Shown: positions 57,806 through 64,000 of the stretch, one piece after another | How the letters are laid out: each line of letters begins with the position of its first letter | Position numbering within the stretch: position 1 is the first letter of the stretch | The notes under the pieces: model-generated | Told to the model about the DNA's origin: nothing | What the model saw: only the letters and a program-made list of their open reading frames with translations | Database searches by the model: none | Assembly (NCBI GenBank): GCA_963664815.2 | Contig: CAXXHB010000003.1 | Span: 3,072,001 to 3,136,000 of the forward strand | Source: Spirochaetota bacterium | GTDB taxonomy: Bacteria > Spirochaetota > UBA4802 > UBA5550 | Direction of reading: 5' to 3' | Length of the DNA: 64,000 bases | Made by a program: the position numbers and the translations under genes

Positions 57806-60800
57806 TTAATGTTTTTTATCCAGAATCTCCCGGACCTTGACTGACAATTCATGCGAGGTGAAAGGTTTGCTTATAAAATTAATTCCCTTCTCAAGGACTC
57901 CCTGTTTGTCTATAACCTCTGCCGTATAACCTGAATTATACAATATCTTTATATCTCCCCGTAATGCCAAAATTTTCTCTGCTGTTGAACGTCCATTAAT
58001 ACCCGGTAAAATAATATCTGTCATCAGCATATGGATCTTATCTTTATAATTCTGCACAACAGATAAAGCCTCTTCTCCACTTTCTGCTGTAAGAACATTA
58101 TATCCTGACTGGATTAAAACATCCCTGCAGAATTCAAGCACTTCGGCTTTATCCTCAACAACCAGAATAGTCTCTGAACCCACAGGCGAAGCTGATTGTA
58201 CACGGGTCTGCGGTGATTCCGCTTTAATCTGAGAAGATACCGGAAAATATACTTTAAATACAGTACCGCAGTCTATTTCGGAGTAAACCTCAATTGTCCC
58301 TCCGTTTTGCTTTACAATTCCATATACTGTAGCAAGACCCAGCCCTGTCCCCCGCTCCTTCTCTTTTGTTGTAAAAAACGGTTCAAAGGCATGGTCAAGT
58401 ATATCTTTGTTCATGCCAGTTCCCGTATCGGATACAGCCATCATTACATAATCGCCGGCGATTACACCGGGATGAATCTGTGAATAATTATCATCAAGGT
58501 AAACACCGGATGTCTCGATTGTAAGTATACCTCCGCCGGGCATGGCGTCACGGGCATTGGCTACAAGATTGATTATTATCTGTTCCACCTGCCCCGGATC
58601 GGCTTTTATTTGAGACACTTTTTCTCCCGGGATTACACTCAGTTTTATATTCTCGCCGATAAGCGTAAGTATCACCTTATACACATGTTCTATCAAATCA
58701 TTCAGGTTTACAACCTTGGGTTCAATGATCTGCTTACGCGAAAACGCTAAAAGCTGTCTTGTAAGATTAGCAGCCCCTTCTGCTGCATTTTTTATAACGG
58801 TGAGCCTCGAATAAGGTTTCCCTTCAGGGTCCAGCTGCCTCATAGCCATTTCAGTGTTTCCCATTATTGCAGTCAGCAGGTTGTTAAAATCGTGAGCAAT
58901 CCCGCCGGCAAGCCGGCCAAGTGATTCGATTTTTTGAGAATGTAAAAGCATCTCTTCAAGCCGTGATTTTTCTGCTTCTATTCTTTTTCTTTCGGTAATA
59001 TCTAAAGCTGTAAAAGTAAGTCCCGCAGATATATCTTCAGGGTCAAAGGGACTCAGGCACAAGATTACATCTATAATAATCCCGTCTTTTCGTTTAAGAC
59101 GGGATTCGATTATTCCAAGTCCTGTCTTCTCCATCTGTGAGTTTAATTCGGCATCTGCCCTCATATATTCATTTTCATTTATATAAAGCATCAGTGTATT
59201 CTTTCCAATAAGTTCCTCCTCCGTATAACCGACAATTTTACACAACGAATTGTTTACCTTTATATGAACGCGGTTAATAAGCAGACTAACACCTATTGGT
59301 GTTGCATCAAGCAGGCTTTTCAGCATAGCTTCATTTTTTTTCAGGTCTTCCTCTGCCCGCTTGCGTTCTGTTATATCAAGAGCGGTAACTACAACTCCTT
59401 TTGCTATATCTTCTGTATCCAGACGGCTCATAGAGAGTAAAATATTGATAATAGACCCGTCTTTGCGTCTGACGCGTGTTTCTGTTATTCCCATACCTCC
59501 ATTTTCTGTTTGAGGATATATATCACGTCCTACCCGATTGAACTCTTCATCATCAGGATAAAAAAGACGGGCTGATTTTCCCAACAGCTCCTCTTCAGAA
59601 TAGCCTGCCATTTTACACATAAAGCTGTTTACTTTTACAAACATGCGATCAATAAGCAGTACAATCCCTATCGGGCTTACATCAAATATCTTTCTTAGGA
59701 AGGTTTCACTGTCTTTTAAAGCTTCTTCAGCATGTTTCAGTCCTGTTATGTCAAGGGTTATCGCTACATCGCCGGCCTTTTCATCGTTGGGATTAACACG
59801 GTTTAGGCAGATTAATGCGTTCATTACCGAACCGTCTTTTCGTCTTAAGAAAGTCTCTATCATGGAAAGTCCTTCGCTGGTCCTGTTGTAATATATTTCC
59901 CCCACACGATTGTATTCTTCATCGCTGAAATAGAGTTGCCGTGTTGATTTTCCCACAATCTCTTCTTCTGAATACCCGGTAATTCTGCAGAAAGAATTGT
60001 TGACTTTTACCGGTATTCTGCCATGAATCAGCAATATTCCAGCCGGACTCGCTTCAAATATACTACTGAAAAGTGCTTCGCTTTTTCTCAGTGCTTCCTC
60101 TGCTTTTTTACGTTCGGTTATATCACTGAAAACACCTTCAATTCCGGATATATTCCCTTCTTTGTCATAATAAAACTGACTGTTGGTTGAAACAATAACT
60201 GGCTCACAGTTATCCATACGCTTTAACGTTACTTCGTAATGTGTTATTTTACCATGTTCGTGAAGATTTTTAAGCAGTTTTTCACGTTCCCCGGTATAAT
60301 AATAAAATTTTTTACTTAAATTCATCCCGATAATTGCTTCAGGAGAAGTGCATCCGAGCATCCGCACAGCTGATGGCGACGCAAAAACAAGATTACCGTT
60401 TAAATCACAGCGATAAGCCGCATCCTGCATATTTTCGACAAGAGAGCGATACTTTTCTTCACTTTCCATTAAAGACTGCTCTGTCTTTTTAAGCACTGTT
60501 ACATCAAGCACCGTTGCAATAACTCCATATTTCAGATCTCCCGGATTCACAGGACTGAGGCATATAAGGACATTTATTACGGATCCATCTTTCCTCCTCA
60601 AACGCGCCTCCGCCATTCCCAGACCGTCACGTTCCATCTCTTTGTAGGTTTGGCCTACGCGGTTGTACTCATCATCATTTAAATAAAGGTGTTGCGTTGT
60701 TTTCCCAAGCAGTTCTTCTTCTGAATAACCTGTGATCCTGCATAGTGAATGATTTAGTTTAATAATTGTCCTGTCAATTTTGTGCAGCGAGATACCCGAT

Positions 60801-61996
60801 GGGCTTGCTTCAAATATGCTTCGCAGCAGAGCCTCGCTGTTTCGAAGGGCTTCTTCTGCCTGTTTGCGTTCTGTAATATCGATCAATATTATTACAACAC
60901 CTGCCGAAGGGCTGTTAACGTCAATTGCCCTTACACACAATAGTGCCTGATAAGCAGAACCGTCTTTGCGTCTGTAGCGCGTTTCAATCAAACTATAACC
61001 CTTTTCCTTAACTTCAGAATAAACCTGATTCGAAACGCGGTCGGAATCTTCTTTTGTACAATACATCATTTCAGTGCTGTGCCCGATTATTTCCTCCGGA
61101 GCATATCCTGTTATTTCACAGAGTGTGTTGTTTATTTTTATATGAATGCGGTTTACAAGAAGCGCTATGCCTACAGGAGCAGCGTCAAAAAGAGATGTAA
61201 GAATTGCCTCGTTTTTACGAAGCTCTTCTTCCACATGCTTCCTTGAAGTAATGTCTTTAAAATCCCACACGCGACCGAATTTAACACCTTCACTTATTAA
61301 CGGCGAAGAATACCTTTCAAATGTTCTGCCATCCCGGAATCTTATTTCATCAAAACTCTCCAGGTCTGTGTTGTATAAATACTCAACCTTTTCAATGAAA
61401 CCTGATGGATCCTCAACCAGATCGATAACATAATTAATCAGGTTTTTGTCATCTCCGGAATCAAGAATATGCTTTGGCACTTTCCACATCTCAATTAACT
61501 GCCTGTTTATCTGACTTATTTTATTGTCTTTGTCTACCAGAAGAATTCCGTCTGCTGTTGTATTTAGTGTTGTCCTTAAAAGTTCTTCTTTGCGCTTTAA
61601 TTCTTTTTCAACATCTTTGCAACCGGTAATTTTTCTGAATGTTGCTGCAAGATTGATCCGACCGTTATAATACATGGGGGATGCAGCAATATCCGCATAA
61701 AATAATTTTTTCTCTCTTGTTAAAACAGGAACATCTTTTATCAGTTCTATATCTTTATTTAATAACTTTTGGAATGATTCTTTCACTTGCTGCAGTATTT
61801 CTTTGGGGTGTATATCATATATGCTGATATTTACAAGCTCATCTTGTGTATAACCGAGCATCATACATATTGCACGGTTGCTGAGAACTGGTTTTTCAGT
61901 TTCAGCATCTATCAGTACTATACCGTCAATTATATTGTTGAAGATATATTCAAATGTTTTATCTTTCTCAGATGTCGGGTTGTCTTTTTGATCCAT
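57806..61996 (-). CDS. Cytoplasmic hybrid kinase with 8 PAS domains + HisKA + HATPase + REC
   Basis: Eight PAS-PAC units, five of them mutually paralogous. GGIAHDFNN, NARDAM, DTGTG, GTGLGLA, C-terminal REC (VEDK, MTDIILP, SKPF). Confidence 0.92.
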   Translation of the reverse strand: MDQKDNPTSEKDKTFEYIFNNIIDGIVLIDAETEKPVLSNRAICMMLGYTQDELVNISIYDIHPKEILQQVKESFQKLLNKDIELIKDVPVLTREKKLFYADIAASPMYYNGRINLAATFRKITGCKDVEKELKRKEELLRTTLNTTADGILLVDKDNKISQINRQLIEMWKVPKHILDSGDDKNLINYVIDLVEDPSGFIEKVEYLYNTDLESFDEIRFRDGRTFERYSSPLISEGVKFGRVWDFKDITSRKHVEEELRKNEAILTSLFDAAPVGIALLVNRIHIKINNTLCEITGYAPEEIIGHSTEMMYCTKEDSDRVSNQVYSEVKEKGYSLIETRYRRKDGSAYQALLCVRAIDVNSPSAGVVIILIDITERKQAEEALRNSEALLRSIFEASPSGISLHKIDRTIIKLNHSLCRITGYSEEELLGKTTQHLYLNDDEYNRVGQTYKEMERDGLGMAEARLRRKDGSVINVLICLSPVNPGDLKYGVIATVLDVTVLKKTEQSLMESEEKYRSLVENMQDAAYRCDLNGNLVFASPSAVRMLGCTSPEAIIGMNLSKKFYYYTGEREKLLKNLHEHGKITHYEVTLKRMDNCEPVIVSTNSQFYYDKEGNISGIEGVFSDITERKKAEEALRKSEALFSSIFEASPAGILLIHGRIPVKVNNSFCRITGYSEEEIVGKSTRQLYFSDEEYNRVGEIYYNRTSEGLSMIETFLRRKDGSVMNALICLNRVNPNDEKAGDVAITLDITGLKHAEEALKDSETFLRKIFDVSPIGIVLLIDRMFVKVNSFMCKMAGYSEEELLGKSARLFYPDDEEFNRVGRDIYPQTENGGMGITETRVRRKDGSIINILLSMSRLDTEDIAKGVVVTALDITERKRAEEDLKKNEAMLKSLLDATPIGVSLLINRVHIKVNNSLCKIVGYTEEELIGKNTLMLYINENEYMRADAELNSQMEKTGLGIIESRLKRKDGIIIDVILCLSPFDPEDISAGLTFTALDITERKRIEAEKSRLEEMLLHSQKIESLGRLAGGIAHDFNNLLTAIMGNTEMAMRQLDPEGKPYSRLTVIKNAAEGAANLTRQLLAFSRKQIIEPKVVNLNDLIEHVYKVILTLIGENIKLSVIPGEKVSQIKADPGQVEQIIINLVANARDAMPGGGILTIETSGVYLDDNYSQIHPGVIAGDYVMMAVSDTGTGMNKDILDHAFEPFFTTKEKERGTGLGLATVYGIVKQNGGTIEVYSEIDCGTVFKVYFPVSSQIKAESPQTRVQSASPVGSETILVVEDKAEVLEFCRDVLIQSGYNVLTAESGEEALSVVQNYKDKIHMLMTDIILPGINGRSTAEKILALRGDIKILYNSGYTAEVIDKQGVLEKGINFISKPFTSHELSVKVREILDKKH

Positions 61997-62349
61997 TAGT
62001 TTTCTCCGTTGATTTAACCTCTACCTGACTTAAACGAGAACATACCTTAACTATAGTCCCATTTATATTGAATGTAAATAAGAATTTTATTGATTATCAA
62101 ATTAAAAATCACTAATTTATCTAAATGTTAATTCCTTAAGATAGATTTTAATTTAAAATAAACTATTATAATGTATAATGGTGTGAATTAAGAATTTTCT
62201 GTAATAAAAAAGTTAAGGAATAATTATTAAATTTATTTATAATAAAAATGCCTGGATAGATGCGTTTTTCTCCCAGTAGAAAATGACATTAAATGCGTAA
62301 ATATATACGTTTCGGTATTGTAATAAATAAAAATCACGGAGAATAAACA

Positions 62350-62766
62350 ATGAAACAGATAATTCCGTTTCTATTCTTCATAATCTTTCTTGCAGTACTC
62401 CCGGGTATATTGAGTTCCGAAAATGGTAATATATTAAAAGATTACGAACTCCCGGACTCCGAAAGAATAGAATGGAACAGCTTTAAAGATGAATGGATGA
62501 AAAGCCGCTACTATTACTGTCTTAAGAAGTTTAATCTCAGAATGTCATGTAACGGCTGCGTCTATATATACATCAAGGGGAATATTACAATAGACAACAG
62601 CGGAAGAATTACCCGGTTCAATGAAACCGTGAGTAATATCTGCGGTAAAAAGATATCCCCATCTCTTAAAAAATGTTTTATTGAGCCGCTAACGGAAAAA
62701 CATCTACCTCCCGTGCTCAATGAAAAAGAATTTGAAACAATGCTTGGGACGGGATTGAAGTGCTGA
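62350..62766 (+). CDS. Small exported cysteine-rich hypothetical protein
   Basis: GGAG RBS, signal peptide, six Cys including CNGC and a C-terminal Cys. Confidence 0.75.
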   Translation: MKQIIPFLFFIIFLAVLPGILSSENGNILKDYELPDSERIEWNSFKDEWMKSRYYYCLKKFNLRMSCNGCVYIYIKGNITIDNSGRITRFNETVSNICGKKISPSLKKCFIEPLTEKHLPPVLNEKEFETMLGTGLKC

Positions 62767-62839
62767 ATTAGTCACCGCTATGGCAATTGAATAAATGCCC
62801 TCATCCGACCGTCATGGATGTTAAAAGTTCCTGATCAAA

Positions 62840-64000
62840 TCATAACATATCGCTTCCTGAGGGATTCTGGAATAGTCTAAGCCCGAATTCCGGAATTACG
62901 GCTATTAGATGTTCAAATATCTCTGCAACAGTTACCTCGTATTCCACAACATCAATAATATTTGTGAACACATATATCTGAAGCGGAATTCCGTTTGCTG
63001 TCGGTTCTAAAAGCTTCGCCATCAGTTTCTTTTCACTGTTAATCCCGGTATGACTTACAAGATAAAGTTCAACATATTTTCTGAAGATTCCTATGTTAGT
63101 AATACCGCTTTTATTAATCCTCTCATCCCTGCCGTATTTTACCGTCATTGCAAGTTCTTCCAGTTCATCACTCCCCTTAAGTATGGCAAGTTTCTGAATC
63201 CTCTTTAAAATCTTTTCATCCGGAAGGGTTATGCTGTTTATATCAATGTATATCACCCGTTTAATTCTTCTCCCGCCCGATTCTTTTACACCATGCCAGT
63301 TTTTGAAAGTTTCAGAGATGAGAGAATAGGCGGGGATCATACTGATAGTATTATCCCAGTTCTTTACTTTTACTGTACTCAGGGATATGTCGATTACTTC
63401 TCCGTTTACTCCATACTTTTCCATTTCGATTGAATCACCTATCACTACAAGGTTATTTGCATTGATCTGGATACTTGCTACAAGCCCAAGTATCCAGTCA
63501 CGGAAAATCAATATTATCAGAGCGGTCATTGCGCCGAATCCGCTCAATATTCCCCATGGTGACTTGTTGAAAAGCACAGATACAATCACTATTGCTACGG
63601 TGATAGCAAGAAAAATCTTAAGCATCTGCAGATATCCCTTTATCGGGTTCTTTCTCGAAACTTCAAATTCCTGATAATAATGATCCAGGGCATCAAGAAA
63701 CGCATTTACAGTAAAAAGTCCCATGGCTGCCAGTGTTGAAAATAGAATTCTTTCCAGTATCGTTCCGAATCTCGGGGTATCGGAAAATATAAACTCTGTT
63801 GTGAAATACAAAACCACAAACGGAAACATCCTGTTAAGCTTCCTGTATACATCTTTTTTTAGAAGAGACCTGTTAAACGGGATAATATCATTTTCTGCGG
63901 ACCTCACCGCGATTCTGTTTACAATCCATCCGGCGGCTTTCCCGAGAGTAAAGCTTACAACAAGGGCGATAACCAGTCTTATACATACATCCCCCATAAC
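62840..64000 (-). CDS. MscS-family mechanosensitive channel (YbdG-like), probably 5'-truncated by the window
   Basis: GFGAMTALIILIFRDWILGLVASIQ, GEVIDISLSTVKVKNWDNTI, FKNW...GGRRIKR, TNIGIFR, LRLFQNPSG. Confidence 0.9.
   Translation of the reverse strand, partial: VMGDVCIRLVIALVVSFTLGKAAGWIVNRIAVRSAENDIIPFNRSLLKKDVYRKLNRMFPFVVLYFTTEFIFSDTPRFGTILERILFSTLAAMGLFTVNAFLDALDHYYQEFEVSRKNPIKGYLQMLKIFLAITVAIVIVSVLFNKSPWGILSGFGAMTALIILIFRDWILGLVASIQINANNLVVIGDSIEMEKYGVNGEVIDISLSTVKVKNWDNTISMIPAYSLISETFKNWHGVKESGGRRIKRVIYIDINSITLPDEKILKRIQKLAILKGSDELEELAMTVKYGRDERINKSGITNIGIFRKYVELYLVSHTGINSEKKLMAKLLEPTANGIPLQIYVFTNIIDVVEYEVTVAEIFEHLIAVIPEFGLRLFQNPSGSDML

Overview
AT-rich bacterial chromosomal window, densely coding. 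The spirochaete-like assignment rests only on gene content and lipoprotein signals (low confidence). In order it holds: a partial secreted aromatic-repeat protein; a nested REP-like repeat array; macB-macA-tolC divergent from an OmpR-family two-component pair; a 201-bp MITE-like element; a TonB-dependent receptor operon with two paralogous lipoproteins plus exbB-exbD-tonB; a DUF2975/Xre pair; an emrAB-tolC operon with two TetR genes; a ~1.6-kaa GH13 alpha-amylase/GT5 glycogen synthase fusion; holA; tldD-pmbA; five multi-domain histidine kinases; tetR plus a HEAT-repeat gene; recC-recB-recD; two flavoproteins; and a partial mscS. The strongest unannotated signals are: (1) a near-consensus sigma-28 promoter (TAAA-N15-GCCGATAG) pointing into a ~108-nt non-coding unit closed by a U8 terminator, a candidate FliA-dependent sRNA convergent with the glucan-synthase fusion; (2) the GH13-GT5 fusion itself, with catalytic motifs present in both halves; (3) several small palindromic repeat families, one showing compensatory base changes; (4) small ORFs missed by the ORF track (a 40-aa helical peptide and a 60-aa zinc ribbon with no ATG). 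I found no rRNA, tRNA, CRISPR array or transposase. Family assignments come from reading motifs by eye; no database searches were run.
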